A DNA stretch of 64,000 nucleotides. Origin: an uncultured Flavobacteriaceae bacterium (GTDB taxonomy: Bacteria; Bacteroidota; Bacteroidia; Flavobacteriales; Flavobacteriaceae). The stretch spans positions 86,082 through 150,081 of the forward strand of contig CAJIYH010000001.1 of the NCBI GenBank assembly GCA_905181615.1, given 5' to 3'. Below the pieces are notes generated by a model. It was not told the origin of the DNA and ran no database searches. It was given only the letters and a program-made list of their open reading frames with translations. Of the stretch, positions 11,541 to 23,672 are shown one piece after another. The translations under genes were made by a program, and so were the position numbers. Numbering within the stretch: the first letter of the stretch is position 1; each line of letters begins with the position of its first letter.

Positions 11541-12635
11541 TTAAATATAAACTCTTTTAATTCTTGGGCTTAGTCCAGTTAAAACTTCATAAGAAATTGT
11601 GTTACTTAAGTCTGCAAGATCAGCAGCTGTTGTGATTTGATCAAAAAGAATTACTTCTGTTCCGATTTCACAATTAATAGAAGTGATGTCTATCATAAGC
11701 ATATCCATACATACGTTTCCTATTATTGAGGCAGATTGTCCTAAAATCGAAACTTTACCTATTCCATTACCATATTGCCTCCCAATTCCATCGGCATGCC
11801 CGAGTGGAATTACTCCGATAAGGCTGTCTTTACTTGCTTCCCAACCTTGATTATACCCGACACTTTCACCTTTTTTTAAAGTATGGATTTGACAAATAGG
11901 AGCACTTAGTTTAGCGATTGGTTTTAATTGTTTATCCCATTCTGATCGGTTTGCAAAACCATAAAGGGCAATACCTGTCCGCACTGCGTCTAGTTGTAAT
12001 TCGGGATAATTAAAGATTCCAGAGCTGTTAAGCAGATGGAACTTTGGATGTTTTGTAGAAAGTTCAATTACAGTAGCTTTTATAAGTTCAAAAGCGTCAA
12101 TTTGTTTCTGAGTAAAGGAACAAGGTTTTGGGTTTTCGGAAGCTCCCAAGTGCGAGTATACACTTTTTATATCAAGAGATGAAGTGTCAATTTCTTTTAA
12201 AAAATAAATAAATTCTTCATACGAAAGACCAATTCTGTTAAGTCCTGTATTACATTTTATGTGAACAGGGTATGTGGTTTTTTTTTTCTTTTTTAGTAAA
12301 GAAATAAAAGCCTTGATAATTTCTAGAGAATAGAGTGCTGGCTCTAAATTGTGTTCAATTAGTTTTTCTAGCTGTCCCATTTGAGGATAAAAAACCAGTA
12401 TAGGTTCTTTTATATTGGCTTTTCTTAAAACAGCCCCTTCCTCAGCATAAGCTACTGCAAAACAAGACGTCCCCAACTTCGATAGTTCATGAGCTATTTT
12501 AGAGCTGTCAGCACCATAAGCATTGGCTTTTACTACAGCAATCAGATCGGTTTCTTCTTTTAACATAGAACGCAAAAGGGAGTAGTTGTGTGCCAAACAC
12601 TTTAAGTCAATCGTCAGACGCGCTTCTTGGATCAT
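11541..12635 (-). CDS. alr: Alanine racemase
   Basis: PLP-lysine motif AVVKANAYG; 364 aa. The start overlaps the tdk stop (ATGA). Confidence 0.9.
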   Translation of the reverse strand: MIQEARLTIDLKCLAHNYSLLRSMLKEETDLIAVVKANAYGADSSKIAHELSKLGTSCFAVAYAEEGAVLRKANIKEPILVFYPQMGQLEKLIEHNLEPALYSLEIIKAFISLLKKKKKTTYPVHIKCNTGLNRIGLSYEEFIYFLKEIDTSSLDIKSVYSHLGASENPKPCSFTQKQIDAFELIKATVIELSTKHPKFHLLNSSGIFNYPELQLDAVRTGIALYGFANRSEWDKQLKPIAKLSAPICQIHTLKKGESVGYNQGWEASKDSLIGVIPLGHADGIGRQYGNGIGKVSILGQSASIIGNVCMDMLMIDITSINCEIGTEVILFDQITTAADLADLSNTISYEVLTGLSPRIKRVYI

Positions 12636-13246
12636 GAATTCTTCTTCTTAACTTTAGTTTCAATGGAGTCTAGGTTTCTAGCTTTATAAAAAGCCGCCCT
12701 ACTAAGGGGTTCATAAATTTCTTTTTCTCCCAAAACAACAATGTTATTTTCTTTTGATTTCCGATGACTGTACTGTGCTAAATTTCCAGTTTCAGTGCAT
12801 ACTGCGTGAACTTTAGTCACATATTCTGCAGTTGCCATTAGCGCAGGCATCGGCCCAAAGGGGTTTCCTTTATAGTCCATATCTAAACCGGCAACAATTA
12901 CGCGAATTCCTCGATTAGCCAAATCATTGCAGACTTGAACAATTTCGGAATCAAAAAATTGGGCTTCATCAATTCCAACAACATCGCAATCAGACGCTAA
13001 AATTGGAATGTTAGCGGCAGCAGGTACAGGGGTTGATCGAATTTGATTTTGATCGTGCGAGGTAACTAATTCATCGTCGTATCGATTGTCAAGCGAAGGT
13101 TTAAAAATCTCAATGCGTTGTTTTGCAAATTGAGCCCTCTTTAGGCGCCGAATTAACTCCTCTGTTTTACCAGAAAACATAGAGCCGCAGATTACTTCGA
13201 TCCAGCCAAATTGTTCGTTTTGATTTACCGTGTTTTCTAAAAACAT
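12632..13246 (-). CDS. tdk: Thymidine kinase
   Basis: P-loop [11 protein letters not shown] and [10 protein letters not shown] motifs. The ATG at 13246 is preferred over the upstream TTG at 13264. Confidence 0.9.
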   Translation of the reverse strand: MFLENTVNQNEQFGWIEVICGSMFSGKTEELIRRLKRAQFAKQRIEIFKPSLDNRYDDELVTSHDQNQIRSTPVPAAANIPILASDCDVVGIDEAQFFDSEIVQVCNDLANRGIRVIVAGLDMDYKGNPFGPMPALMATAEYVTKVHAVCTETGNLAQYSHRKSKENNIVVLGEKEIYEPLSRAAFYKARNLDSIETKVKKKNS

Positions 13247-13326
13247 TTTTGTAATTTTCAGCAACGCTTTTTGCTGCTTACTATAACAAAAGTATTAAAA
13301 CTAATTGTTGAAAAGAATCAAAATTA

Positions 13327-13932
13327 ATGATTAATACACTTCTCAAAGAATTAAAAGTCATCGCTCAGTCTATTTTAGACCAAGAAGACGCCCTTGATCT
13401 TCAAAAATTAGAGAATCAGGTCAGAGCGCTTCAGAAGCAAATTACAATTTTAGAACACGCCCTAGCTTTGTCTTATTCTGAGACTGAAATAAATTCAGAG
13501 GTAGCCGAAACAATACCTAAAAAACAAGAAAAGGCGCCAGAACAAGCCCAACCCACAAATCCGAAGGTAGAAACACCTGCTTCTTTTGATAATTTATTTT
13601 CGCCCGTTGTTAGTGATCCGGTTTTTGTAAAAAAAGAAATCCACAAGGAAGAAGACAATGTAAATTCAGAAAACGTTCCTCGAAATCTAAACGATAAATT
13701 AGGCAAGGGACTTAAAATTGGATTAAACGACCGTTTGGCTTTTATCAAAAATTTGTTTGACGAAAGCGCCGAAGAATATCAACGTGTAATTTCGCAAATT
13801 CTTACTTATGATGATTTAGAAGAAGCCCAAAATTTTATTGAAAAATTTGTTAAACCAGAATATAACTCATGGGAAGGAAAAGAAACTTTCGAGGAACGTT
13901 TTTATAAAATAATAGAGCAAAACTTTAATTAA
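13327..13932 (+). CDS. Hypothetical protein (coiled-coil N-terminus, low-complexity middle, conserved-looking C-terminus)
   Basis: 201-aa ORF with coding-like composition; no family recognised. Confidence 0.5.
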   Translation: MINTLLKELKVIAQSILDQEDALDLQKLENQVRALQKQITILEHALALSYSETEINSEVAETIPKKQEKAPEQAQPTNPKVETPASFDNLFSPVVSDPVFVKKEIHKEEDNVNSENVPRNLNDKLGKGLKIGLNDRLAFIKNLFDESAEEYQRVISQILTYDDLEEAQNFIEKFVKPEYNSWEGKETFEERFYKIIEQNFN

Positions 13933-13937
13933 GCTTT

Positions 13938-14291
13938 ATGGATACACAAAAAATTATTTATTGGAGCTCTACAGCACTACTCTCAATAATGATGCTAGGC
14001 AGTGCAACTTTTTATTTTGTAGACACAGAAGAAGTCGCAAAAGAGTTTACAAAATTAGGCTTTCCTACATACCTGATTTTCCCATTAGCAACTGCAAAAA
14101 TTTTGGCGATTATAATGATTTGGCGTGCCAGACCTAATAAGATAGTTGATTGGGCATATGCTGGGTTGTTTTTTAATTTTTCTCTAGCGGCATTAGCACA
14201 TTGCTATGCTCAAGACGGTGATACTGGAGGAGCTTTAGTCGCTCTTTCTCTGTTGCTTATTTCATATTTATATAAAAACAAAGTCCGATAA
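13938..14291 (+). CDS. DoxX-like membrane protein
   Basis: 117 aa with four TM segments and DoxX-like topology and sequence feel. Confidence 0.65.
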   Translation: MDTQKIIYWSSTALLSIMMLGSATFYFVDTEEVAKEFTKLGFPTYLIFPLATAKILAIIMIWRARPNKIVDWAYAGLFFNFSLAALAHCYAQDGDTGGALVALSLLLISYLYKNKVR

Positions 14292-14294
14292 TCT

Positions 14295-14972
14295 GTGGGA
14301 AAATTATTTTTAGTTCCGACCCCAATAGGGAATTTAAAGGATATGACATATCGAGCCGTTGAGGTGCTTTCTAAAGTGGATATCATCTTAGCAGAAGATA
14401 CTCGAACGAGTGGCAAGTTAATGAAGCATTATGAGATTACGGCTCCTTTACACAGCCATCATATGCATAACGAACACAGCACCTTAGCTTCAATTATTTC
14501 TAAACTGAAGCAAGGAAAACAAATCGCCCTTATTTCAGACGCAGGAACTCCTGCAATCTCTGATCCTGGTTATCTATTAGTGAGGGAGGCAATTGCAAAT
14601 AATATTAAAACGGAATGCTTACCCGGCGCTACAGCTTTTGTGCCGGCTTTAGTTCAAAGTGGATTACCGAATGACCGTTTTATTTTTGAAGGGTTTTTAC
14701 CTCCAAAAAAAGGAAGACAAACCAGGCTTCAACAACTCGCAGCGGAAACACGAACAATTATTATATACGAATCTCCACATAAGGTTATAAAAACACTGAC
14801 ACAGTGCATCGAATTTTTTGGCGCCGAAAGACAAGTTAGTTTTTCGAGAGAGCTTACCAAATTGCACGAAGAAACCTTTCGTGGAACTATGGAAGAAGTA
14901 AAAAAACACCTTGAACAGAAACCTCCGAAAGGAGAATTTGTTCTCTGTATTGCAGGAAAATCAAAGAAATAA
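14295..14972 (+). CDS. rsmI: 16S rRNA (cytidine1402-2'-O)-methyltransferase
   Basis: GTG start giving MGKLFLVPTPIGN; the SDAGTPAISDPG motif is present. Confidence 0.9.
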   Translation: MGKLFLVPTPIGNLKDMTYRAVEVLSKVDIILAEDTRTSGKLMKHYEITAPLHSHHMHNEHSTLASIISKLKQGKQIALISDAGTPAISDPGYLLVREAIANNIKTECLPGATAFVPALVQSGLPNDRFIFEGFLPPKKGRQTRLQQLAAETRTIIIYESPHKVIKTLTQCIEFFGAERQVSFSRELTKLHEETFRGTMEEVKKHLEQKPPKGEFVLCIAGKSKK

Positions 14973-16658
14973 ATGCGCTGGGAACCCAAATTACCGCCAA
15001 ACCCTTCTAAAGTCATTAGTATTCAGGAGGATCTAAAAGTCCCCGAAATAATTGCTAAACTTTTGGTTCAAAGAGGAATTGAAGATTTTGAATCTGCCAA
15101 ATCTTTTTTTAGACCTCAATTATTTGATTTACATGACCCTTTTTTGATGCAAGACATGCAACAGGCAGTCGATCGAATTGATCAAGCCTGTAGAGATCAA
15201 GATTCTCTGATGATTTATGGAGATTATGACGTTGACGGAACAACTTCTGTTTCCCTTGTTTATTCATTTCTTAAACCCTACTTTCAAGAAATAATGCCTT
15301 ATATCCCGGATCGTTATGCTGAGGGATATGGAATTTCGATTCAAGGTATTGATTTAGCAGCTTCGAAAGGCGTTAACCTTATTGTTGCTTTGGATTGTGG
15401 AATAAAAGCGGTTGAAAAAGTAGCTTACGCTAAAAGCAAGGGTATCGATTTTATTATCTGCGATCACCATTTGCCTGGAGACAAATTACCCGAAGCTGTT
15501 GCTGTTCTTGATCCAAAACGAGAAGATTGTAAATATCCTTATAAAGAATTATGTGGCTGTGGAATCGGATTTAAATTAATTCAAGCATTAACCAGTTTTT
15601 GGAAGGAGGATCCAAAAGAACTCCTTCCTTATTTAGATTTAGTAGCGACAGCTATTGCGGCTGATATTGTTCCGATGACTGGCGAAAACAGAATCCTAGC
15701 TTTTCATGGAATTGAACAATTAAGGATTCATCCTCGTCCGGGGTTATCACCGTTTATATCGCAGCTTAAAAAACCAGTTACGGTTACCGATCTAGTCTTT
15801 GTAATTGCACCACGAATAAATGCAGCTGGACGAATGAGCCACGCTCTAAATGCAGTAGAATTATTAATTGAAACCAATACTGATTTATTAGAGACTAAGG
15901 CCAAAACCATCGAATCTTATAATAGCGACAGGCGAGCTACAGATATGCGAATCACCAAAGAGGCATTGGTAATGATAGAAGAGCTGGAGGAGAAAGATCG
16001 TTATAGCACAGTTGTTTGTCAAGAAGATTGGCATAAGGGTGTAATTGGAATTGTTGCCTCCAGGTTAATTGAAACTTACTATCGCCCAACAGTAGTCTTC
16101 TCTGCCATAGGAGACACCATGGTGGGCTCGGTTCGTTCTGTAAAAGGATTTAACATATACGAAGCGCTGGAAGCCTGCGAGGAGTATATAGTTCAATTTG
16201 GAGGCCATAAATACGCAGCGGGACTAACCATTGAGAAAAAGAACTTTGAACTCTTTAAGGCAAAATTTGAAGCGGTTGTTAAAGAACTTATTCTTCCGGA
16301 ACAACGTACTCCAGCAGTTATATATGATACCACAATAGCGCTTGAAGAGCTTACCCCTAAACTGTATAGAATTTTAGAACAATTAGGCCCCTTTGGACCT
16401 CAAAATATGCGCCCTGTTTTTAGAACAAATAGCGTTCTGGATTCGGGTTATTCTAAAGCAGTAGGAGCAGACAATTCCCATTTACGATTATCCTTAAAAA
16501 CAGCAGCGAACCCAATGATTGGGATTGCTTTCGGACGTGGAGATTTCTTAACTCATATTCAAACAAAGCAAGCGTTTGATCTCGTATATACTCTTGATGA
16601 GAACGAATGGAATGGCTCTATTTCTCTACAACTTAAAGTAAAAGATTTAATGGCCTAA
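14973..16658 (+). CDS. recJ: Single-stranded-DNA-specific exonuclease RecJ
   Basis: DHH motifs (GDYDVDG, CDHH) and a DHHA1 GGH motif. The start directly abuts the rsmI stop. Confidence 0.9.
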   Translation: MRWEPKLPPNPSKVISIQEDLKVPEIIAKLLVQRGIEDFESAKSFFRPQLFDLHDPFLMQDMQQAVDRIDQACRDQDSLMIYGDYDVDGTTSVSLVYSFLKPYFQEIMPYIPDRYAEGYGISIQGIDLAASKGVNLIVALDCGIKAVEKVAYAKSKGIDFIICDHHLPGDKLPEAVAVLDPKREDCKYPYKELCGCGIGFKLIQALTSFWKEDPKELLPYLDLVATAIAADIVPMTGENRILAFHGIEQLRIHPRPGLSPFISQLKKPVTVTDLVFVIAPRINAAGRMSHALNAVELLIETNTDLLETKAKTIESYNSDRRATDMRITKEALVMIEELEEKDRYSTVVCQEDWHKGVIGIVASRLIETYYRPTVVFSAIGDTMVGSVRSVKGFNIYEALEACEEYIVQFGGHKYAAGLTIEKKNFELFKAKFEAVVKELILPEQRTPAVIYDTTIALEELTPKLYRILEQLGPFGPQNMRPVFRTNSVLDSGYSKAVGADNSHLRLSLKTAANPMIGIAFGRGDFLTHIQTKQAFDLVYTLDENEWNGSISLQLKVKDLMA

Positions 16659-18292
16659 GCGTCCAAATGATCCAAAAGACCTTGGGTCGATTGATCGTGT
16701 TGATTTTTAGTTTCTTTTGTGATGTCTGTCAAAATTACAGAGGCTAATTGTTTCCCTAATTCTACACCCCATTGGTCGTAACTAAAAATATTCCAAACAA
16801 CACCTTGAACAAATATTTTATGTTCATACATAGAAACCAACTTCCCTAAGCTCTCTGGCGTTAAGCTATCGATCATTAGAGTATTGGTAGGGTTGTTTCC
16901 TTTAAATATTTTAAAAGGGAGCAAGGCATCGATTGCTTCCTGATTTTTATCTGTTTTCATCAATTCTTTTTTCACAGTATCTTCATTTTTTCCAAGCATC
17001 AACGCTTCGGTCTGTGCCAAAAAGTTTGCCATTAATTTTTGATGGTGATCTTCTTCCCCATAAAGTGATTTTTTGAAACCAATAAAATCTGCAGGAATTA
17101 ATTTAGTCCCTTGATGAATCAACTGAAAAAAAGCATGCTGAGCGTTTGTTCCAGATCCACCCCAAATTATCGTGCCCGTTTGATAGCCAATAGATTTTCC
17201 TGCTCTATCTACACTTTTACCGTTACTTTCCATGATTCCCTGTTGAAGGTATGCCGGAAGGTTTCTAAGGTATTGTGTGTAGGGTATAATTGCTTCGCTT
17301 TCTGCGCCCCAAAAATTGTTATACCAAACACTTATCAGCGCTAAAACAACAGGTATATTTTGATCAAAAGGTGTTTTTCTAAAGTGGGTATCCATTGAAT
17401 TAGCGCCTTTTAGAAGCGCTTCAAAGTTATCTGCTCCAACTGCAAGTGCAATACTTAGCCCTACAGCAGACCAGAGTGAAAATCTTCCACCAACCCAATC
17501 TTTCATAGGGAATACATTTTCAGGATGAATTCCGAAGGCTTTGATTTTTTCTAAATTAGTAGAAACTGCAACAAAATGTTTAGCAATTGCCTCCTCTTTT
17601 GCGTGTTGTAAAAACCACTTGCGAATGGTATTTGCATTAGTTAGTGTTTCTTGAGTAGTAAAGGTTTTTGAAACAATTACAAACAAGGTGGTTTCTGGGT
17701 TTAGTTTTCTCAGAATTTCATGAACATGGTCTCCCTCAACATTAGACACAAAATGTGTGTTCAGGTGATTTTTATAGTGCTCCAATCCTTCAACAATCAT
17801 AGCTGGGCCTAAATCAGATCCGCCAATTCCAATATTTACAACGTCGGTGATTACCTTACCAGTAAATCCTTTATGCTCTCCAGAAATGATGGATGAGGTA
17901 AACTGATTTATTTTTTCTTTGACCGCAAAAATTTCAGGAATAACATCGAGTCCATCAACAAAAACTTGATCGCTCTCTTTTGCTCTAAGCGCAGTATGAA
18001 GCACAGCCCTTCCCTCAGTTTCATTGATGGCATCTCCTCCAAAATAAGCTTCAATTGCCTTTTGAAGACCACATTCTTCTGCAAGGTCGTTTAGTAAGGA
18101 AAGAGTTTCTTTGCTCACGCGATTTTTAGAATAATCAACTAAAAAGTCTTCCCAATGAATAGAAAAATCCTTGAAGCGATTATTGTCATTTTTAAAAGCA
18201 TCTTGAAGACTAACATTTTTTTGTGACTTAAAATGCTCTTCTAGCTTTTTCCAGGCTTTTGTTTCGGTTGGATTTAATGTATTTAGTGCCAT
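16655..18292 (-). CDS. pgi: Glucose-6-phosphate isomerase
   Basis: 545 aa with [10 protein letters not shown] and other PGI signature motifs. Confidence 0.95.
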   Translation of the reverse strand: MALNTLNPTETKAWKKLEEHFKSQKNVSLQDAFKNDNNRFKDFSIHWEDFLVDYSKNRVSKETLSLLNDLAEECGLQKAIEAYFGGDAINETEGRAVLHTALRAKESDQVFVDGLDVIPEIFAVKEKINQFTSSIISGEHKGFTGKVITDVVNIGIGGSDLGPAMIVEGLEHYKNHLNTHFVSNVEGDHVHEILRKLNPETTLFVIVSKTFTTQETLTNANTIRKWFLQHAKEEAIAKHFVAVSTNLEKIKAFGIHPENVFPMKDWVGGRFSLWSAVGLSIALAVGADNFEALLKGANSMDTHFRKTPFDQNIPVVLALISVWYNNFWGAESEAIIPYTQYLRNLPAYLQQGIMESNGKSVDRAGKSIGYQTGTIIWGGSGTNAQHAFFQLIHQGTKLIPADFIGFKKSLYGEEDHHQKLMANFLAQTEALMLGKNEDTVKKELMKTDKNQEAIDALLPFKIFKGNNPTNTLMIDSLTPESLGKLVSMYEHKIFVQGVVWNIFSYDQWGVELGKQLASVILTDITKETKNQHDQSTQGLLDHLDA

Positions 18293-18296
18293 AAAT

Positions 18297-19592
18297 TTAA
18301 TTCATTACTAGGTTTGGGACTTCTTCTTTATTCTCAAAAGACAAACAATTAAGTTGTGTTATTGTGGGTTCGATATTGGTAAAAAACTCTTGTTTTAGTT
18401 TATTCGATATGGGTTTTGCTTCTGGAAGTTTTTGTTTGAACGGATCTACTTGTCTTCCATTTTTCCAAAAACGATAACAAACATGTGGCCCAGAAGTGTT
18501 ACCCGTCATTCCAACCCAACCAATTACATCTCCCTGTTTTACAAACTCACCAACCCGAACTTTGCGGCGCTTCATATGAAGATATTGTGTTGAGTAAGTG
18601 TTGTTGTGTTTTATTTTGACATAATTTCCATTCCCCTTGTTATAGCTAGACTTCACGATTGTTCCATTAGCAGTAGCCATTATGGGTGTTCCAACAGCCG
18701 CAGCATAATCTGTTCCCTTATGTGCACGAACCCTGCCATAATAGGCAATTCTTCTTTTAAGATTATAGCGTGAAGAAATTCTGCTATAAGAAACGGGCGC
18801 CTTTAGAAAGGCACGACGTAGGTTTTTTGCATTATTATCAAAATAATCAACAATCCCCTTGACGCTATCTGTTTTAAATTCAAATGCGTAAAGTGGTTTG
18901 TTACGATGTTCAAAATAAGCAGCTTTTATTTTTTCAATCCCTACAGAAACACTATCATCTACAAAACGTTCGGTATAAATTACCTTAAAACGATCGCCTT
19001 TATCCAATCGAGTAAAATCAATTGTCCAAGCATATACATCTGCAAGATAATACGTAAGATTGTTATTATATCCGCTAGCATTCATGGTGTCGTATAATGA
19101 AGTTTGGATTACTCCAGTAGCTTGAATCTCAACAACACGGACCGGTTTTTTAACCTTTTTAGCAAATAAACTGTCTTTGAGTTGAACTACGTCATAACTT
19201 TCAACACCTGGGGTATAAATAAATGCTATTGCCTTCGGAAGACTATCCTTCGTATACAATAAGGTATAAGGTTTTCCGATTTGTAGCTTTCGTATATTAA
19301 CTTCTGATTTCTTGATGACCTGAAGAATAGTATATACTTCGGGATAATCAATCCCATTACGCTCTAATATAGCTCCAAAAGTATCTCCCCGCTTAATCTC
19401 AAATTCCTTAGCGCTGTATAGATTATAATCATAACCATATTTCATTTGGGGTTCCGGAACGATAATTTCTTCTGGAGCAGATTCTTGTAATTTCTCATCC
19501 TTTTTGGTTTCACAAGCCATAAAAAAGCTTGCCATAATAAAAATTAAGACAATTTTCAGCGAGGATTTGGAAGAGATGGTTTTGTGCTGCAT
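18297..19592 (-). CDS. M23 family metallopeptidase
   Basis: C-terminal HKGTDYAA ... GNTSGPH LytM-type motifs and an N-terminal signal/anchor. The ATG at 19592 is preferred over the TTG at 19628. Confidence 0.85.
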   Translation of the reverse strand: MQHKTISSKSSLKIVLIFIMASFFMACETKKDEKLQESAPEEIIVPEPQMKYGYDYNLYSAKEFEIKRGDTFGAILERNGIDYPEVYTILQVIKKSEVNIRKLQIGKPYTLLYTKDSLPKAIAFIYTPGVESYDVVQLKDSLFAKKVKKPVRVVEIQATGVIQTSLYDTMNASGYNNNLTYYLADVYAWTIDFTRLDKGDRFKVIYTERFVDDSVSVGIEKIKAAYFEHRNKPLYAFEFKTDSVKGIVDYFDNNAKNLRRAFLKAPVSYSRISSRYNLKRRIAYYGRVRAHKGTDYAAAVGTPIMATANGTIVKSSYNKGNGNYVKIKHNNTYSTQYLHMKRRKVRVGEFVKQGDVIGWVGMTGNTSGPHVCYRFWKNGRQVDPFKQKLPEAKPISNKLKQEFFTNIEPTITQLNCLSFENKEEVPNLVMN

Positions 19593-19671
19593 AGTTGCAT
19601 ACAAATTTCGGGATGTTTTGTTTATCAAAAGGTTTTTTTTTAAAAAAACTTAACAACAATAATCAACAATT

Positions 19672-20481
19672 TTACATTTCAATTTTAAAGGGATATTTCA
19701 AGTTTTTAAAACTTTCGAGATCACATTTAATTGATCCAATGGCTATATTGGCCTGAATTCGTACGGGAATTTTATTTTTATCATCACTAACCCAAAGAAT
19801 AACGCTTTCTTGAGCCCGAAACACTCTTCCGCTTTGAACATATGGAATATATTTACGGCATTTTATTTTTCCAAATTTAGAATCTATGGTTTCTGTCCCT
19901 AAGTAATTAAGCTTGAATAGGTAGTTCTCAGAATCAAAAAACATATTAATTTCTATACTTTCTCCGATATTCATCGAAGAAGTGTTTTTTACATTTCTTA
20001 AATAATAAAAAGCAGAAATGAGGTCTTGTGCGCTAGGGTTAACTTTTAACTCTTGAATTCGGTTGTTTTTTTTATCATTGATTTTAGCAATTTGGTTCTG
20101 ATGATCAAACCTAATTTCTAGATCTTTTGTATATCCTCCCTCATTGATATTTCTAACGAACCATAGGGGCAATCCACTGTCTTTACTGAAATAACTGTCA
20201 TAATAATCTTCAACTTTATATAAAAGTCGTGCAATCCCTGTTGTTGCACCATAACCTTTGGCATGAAAAACGGGGACACCTTTTATGGTGTCTGTTTCTA
20301 GCCCTAAGGTTACATAACTAGCATTAAAAAAGCCGTAATGGATTCGAAACTGAAACCACTCACCTTCTTTAAATACATTTTCCTTTTTTTCTAACGAAGT
20401 TGCATCTGAATTAAACTGTCCCCAAGACCCAAAAGAAGACATAAGAATACCAAAAAGAAGGAGGGTGCTTAATCGATTCAC
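19672..20481 (-). CDS. DUF3108-like secreted protein
   Basis: 269 aa with a signal peptide and beta-rich sequence. The family call is from memory. Confidence 0.6.
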   Translation of the reverse strand: MNRLSTLLLFGILMSSFGSWGQFNSDATSLEKKENVFKEGEWFQFRIHYGFFNASYVTLGLETDTIKGVPVFHAKGYGATTGIARLLYKVEDYYDSYFSKDSGLPLWFVRNINEGGYTKDLEIRFDHQNQIAKINDKKNNRIQELKVNPSAQDLISAFYYLRNVKNTSSMNIGESIEINMFFDSENYLFKLNYLGTETIDSKFGKIKCRKYIPYVQSGRVFRAQESVILWVSDDKNKIPVRIQANIAIGSIKCDLESFKNLKYPFKIEM

Positions 20482-20549
20482 TTTAATTTTTTATTATACA
20501 AGATAATTAAATTAGCTTCAAAGGAAACATCCTTTGTGCTAAGAAAATG

Positions 20550-22355
20550 TTATTCTTTTTTATATGTATCATGAAGTTGTTTAAACAAGCGCTTCCCTTT
20601 TGAATTCCCAAGGAGTCCAATTAATTCATCCTCAGAAGCTTCTTTGATTCTTTTAAATGATTTGAATTTTTTCAAAAGATTTTCTTTTGTTTTAGGACCT
20701 ATACCAGGAATAGCGTCTAAACCTGATTGAATTGCTCCTTTACTGCGTTTATTTCTATGGAGCGTAATTCCGAAACGGTGTGCTTCATTTCTCAAGAATT
20801 GAATCACCTTAAGACTTTCGGATTTTTTATCTAAATAAAGGGGTACCGGGTCTTCTGGGAAGTAAATTTCTTCTAAGCGCTTTGCTATACCTACAATTGC
20901 TATTCTACCTCGTAAACCCAGTAAATCTAAACTTTTTAGCGCCGAAGACAACTGCCCTTTACCGCCGTCAATTATAACCAACTGGGGCAGTGGCTGGTTT
21001 TCGTTCAAAAGCCGCGTATATCGCCTAAAAACAACCTCCTCCATTGAGGCAAAGTCATCTGGCCCTTCAACGGTTTTGATGTTATAATGACGGTATTCTT
21101 TTTTTGCAGGTTTTCCATTTTTAAAAACTACGCAAGCAGCAACTGGATTTGACCCTTGAAGATTAGAATTGTCAAAACACTCTATATGTCTTGGCTCAAA
21201 CGAAAGTCTTAAATCTTGTTTCATTTGGCTCATTAATCGATCTGTATGTCTCTCGGGATCTAAAATTTGGATTTGCTTGAAGCGCTCCATTCTAAAATAC
21301 TTAGCGTTCCGTTCAGAAAGGTCCAAGATTTTCTTTTTATCTCCGAGCTGAGGAACCGTTACTTTTATTTTACTTCCAAAATTTAAGTCGAAAGGCAAAT
21401 AAATTTCGGAGGATTGAGAATTGAAACGTTGTCGAATTTCAATAACTGCGAGGGTTAATATTTTTTCAGGAGTTTCATCTAGTTTTTTCTTGATTTCTAG
21501 GGTGTGTGAACGAATAATTGACCCGTAAGAAAGTTGAAGAAAATTTACATACCCGTATTGCTCGTCAGTGATAATTGAAAAAACATCTACATTGCTAATT
21601 TTGGGATTTACAATGGTAGATTTTGATTGATAATTTTCTAAAATCTCTAACTTTTCTTTTATTTTTTGGGCGTCTTCAAATTCCATTTTTAAAGCATGTT
21701 TACCCATTTGAGACTTGAAATCTTGTAAAGAGTCTTTAAAATTTCCTTTAAGAATCGAGCGAATAGCTTTTATGTTTTGATTGTATTGCTGCTCGGTCAT
21801 TTTGTTTTCACATGGAGCAAAACAATTTCCTAAATGAAACTCTAAGCAGACTTTATATTTTTGAGCAGCTACTTTTTCTTCGGACAAATCAAAAGTACAG
21901 GTCCGAATAGGATAAAGTCCGCGAATAAGATCCAATAAAATATAAACCATTTTTTTATTGGTGTACGGGCCGTAATAATCGGAACCATCATTAATAACCC
22001 TTCGAGTTGAAAATATCCTCGGGAAGCGTTCTTTTTTGATGCAAATCCAAGGGTAGGTTTTATCATCTTTTAAAAGAATGTTATACCGAGGCTTGTATTT
22101 CTTGATGAGGTTATTTTCTAGCAGGAGCGCATCCATTTCACTTTCTACTACTATGTGTTCAATGCGAACTATGTTTTTTACTAATAAGCGGGTTTTATTG
22201 CTGTCGTGGGTTTTTGTAAAATAAGAATTTACTCTACGTTTGAGGTTTATAGCTTTTCCTATATATATAATTACTTCGTTCTTATCAAAGTATTGATATA
22301 CTCCGGGCTCTTCCGGCAGGGTTTGAACTTGTAAAGTTAAGGCAGAGCTCTTCAT
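20550..22355 (-). CDS. uvrC: Excinuclease ABC subunit C
   Basis: GIY-YIG N-terminus (GVYQYF...IYIGKA), a UVR domain and a C-terminal HhH. The ATG at 22355 is preferred over the 28-codon upstream extension. Confidence 0.95.
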   Translation of the reverse strand: MKSSALTLQVQTLPEEPGVYQYFDKNEVIIYIGKAINLKRRVNSYFTKTHDSNKTRLLVKNIVRIEHIVVESEMDALLLENNLIKKYKPRYNILLKDDKTYPWICIKKERFPRIFSTRRVINDGSDYYGPYTNKKMVYILLDLIRGLYPIRTCTFDLSEEKVAAQKYKVCLEFHLGNCFAPCENKMTEQQYNQNIKAIRSILKGNFKDSLQDFKSQMGKHALKMEFEDAQKIKEKLEILENYQSKSTIVNPKISNVDVFSIITDEQYGYVNFLQLSYGSIIRSHTLEIKKKLDETPEKILTLAVIEIRQRFNSQSSEIYLPFDLNFGSKIKVTVPQLGDKKKILDLSERNAKYFRMERFKQIQILDPERHTDRLMSQMKQDLRLSFEPRHIECFDNSNLQGSNPVAACVVFKNGKPAKKEYRHYNIKTVEGPDDFASMEEVVFRRYTRLLNENQPLPQLVIIDGGKGQLSSALKSLDLLGLRGRIAIVGIAKRLEEIYFPEDPVPLYLDKKSESLKVIQFLRNEAHRFGITLHRNKRSKGAIQSGLDAIPGIGPKTKENLLKKFKSFKRIKEASEDELIGLLGNSKGKRLFKQLHDTYKKE

Positions 22356-22431
22356 CGATCTTTTTAAAAGGATTAGTTCTTTGGGTTCATTAACGAAAAT
22401 AATTATTTTCTTTGTGAGTACAATTTTAACA

Positions 22432-22995
22432 ATGGACAAATCTCAAATAAGAAAGCAATATAAAGAACTACGAGAGCAACTTTCGGAAGAAGATATTATA
22501 AATAAGAGTTTGCTTATTGCAAATCGATGCCTTGAGCTTGATGTTTGGTCAGAGCAAGTATTTCATTTATTTCTAACCATTGAAGATCAAAAGGAGATTG
22601 ATACCTCCTTAATTCTTACCCTTTTACAAGGAAAAGATAAGGATATAGTTGTTCCAAAAATAACAGGAGAGACTCGTTTGAAGCACTTTTTACTTACAGA
22701 TCAAACGCGCTTTAAAAAAAACGCATGGGGTATTCCTGAACCAGTTTCTGGAATTGAAATAGATGTCCCTATGATTGACGTTGTTTTTGTTCCTTTACTA
22801 GCTTTTGATTCAAAAGGGAGTAGAATTGGCTATGGGAAAGGTTTTTACGATCGGTTTTTGGCTTCTTGCAAGCCTAATTGTATAAAAATAGGATTGTCTT
22901 TATTTGAAGAAAATCAGATAGATTTCGTTTCGGAAACAACCGACATAGGCTTAGATTACTGTGTTACCCCGGATCAAGTATATTCGTATTTGTAG
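22432..22995 (+). CDS. 5-formyltetrahydrofolate cyclo-ligase
   Basis: MDKSQIRKQY start and the GYGKGFYDRF motif. The upstream extension to 22381 would overlap the uvrC 5' region. Confidence 0.85.
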   Translation: MDKSQIRKQYKELREQLSEEDIINKSLLIANRCLELDVWSEQVFHLFLTIEDQKEIDTSLILTLLQGKDKDIVVPKITGETRLKHFLLTDQTRFKKNAWGIPEPVSGIEIDVPMIDVVFVPLLAFDSKGSRIGYGKGFYDRFLASCKPNCIKIGLSLFEENQIDFVSETTDIGLDYCVTPDQVYSYL

Positions 22996-22997
22996 GC

Positions 22998-23651
22998 TTA
23001 TTTAAAAATTCGCTTGTTAAAAAACAATAAAACTCCAACTCCACAACTAATTGCAAAATCTGCAACATTAAAAACGTATTCAAAAAAAGTATAGGTTTCA
23101 CCTCCAACAAAAGGCATCCACTCAGGCCATACCCATGTTGCTAATGGAAACTGAAGCATGTCAACTACATGGCCATAAAATATGGAAGCATACCCTTGAT
23201 CAGGCATAAATTCTGCAATTTGACCGTAACTGTGAGAAAACCAAACTCCATAAAAAATAGAATCAATAAGGTTACCGACTGCACCAGCTAGAATTAAACA
23301 AAGTGCCCATCGAAGTAGTTGCAAGCTTTTGTCGGACAAAACTCTCCACAACCAATTTCCTAAAAACACGATTGCAACGAGTCGAAAAAGAGTTAAAATC
23401 AGTTTACCTACTTCTTCACTTATAAAAGGAATGAGATCACTGATTTTAGTTCCCCAAGCCATACCCTTATTTTCTATAAAAAGAATTTTAAAAAACCCCC
23501 AGTCTATAATTGCAGGGCCTCCATAGATTGAAAGTGGATAGTTAAGTTTGATGTAAAATTTTGAAACCTGATCTATAACTAAAATCAGCAAAATTAAAAA
23601 AAAGGCTTTCTTGCGGTTGAGTTTCAAAACGGAGGTACTAAATAATGTCAT
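22998..23651 (-). CDS. lspA: Lipoprotein signal peptidase (signal peptidase II)
   Basis: NKGMAWG and FNVADFAI motifs with a multi-TM profile. Confidence 0.85.
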   Translation of the reverse strand: MTLFSTSVLKLNRKKAFFLILLILVIDQVSKFYIKLNYPLSIYGGPAIIDWGFFKILFIENKGMAWGTKISDLIPFISEEVGKLILTLFRLVAIVFLGNWLWRVLSDKSLQLLRWALCLILAGAVGNLIDSIFYGVWFSHSYGQIAEFMPDQGYASIFYGHVVDMLQFPLATWVWPEWMPFVGGETYTFFEYVFNVADFAISCGVGVLLFFNKRIFK

Positions 23652-23672
23652 AACGTGTCAAAAGTAAGTATT

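Noticed and set aside
12279-12294. Homopolymer tracts as phase-variation switches: T9-C-T6 in alr, T9 at 27112-27120 in ileS, and a T-run near 48095-48104 in the GntP gene
   Set aside because: They encode in-frame Lys runs inside essential or housekeeping genes of an AT-rich genome. There is no evidence of alternative frames or contingency-locus context.
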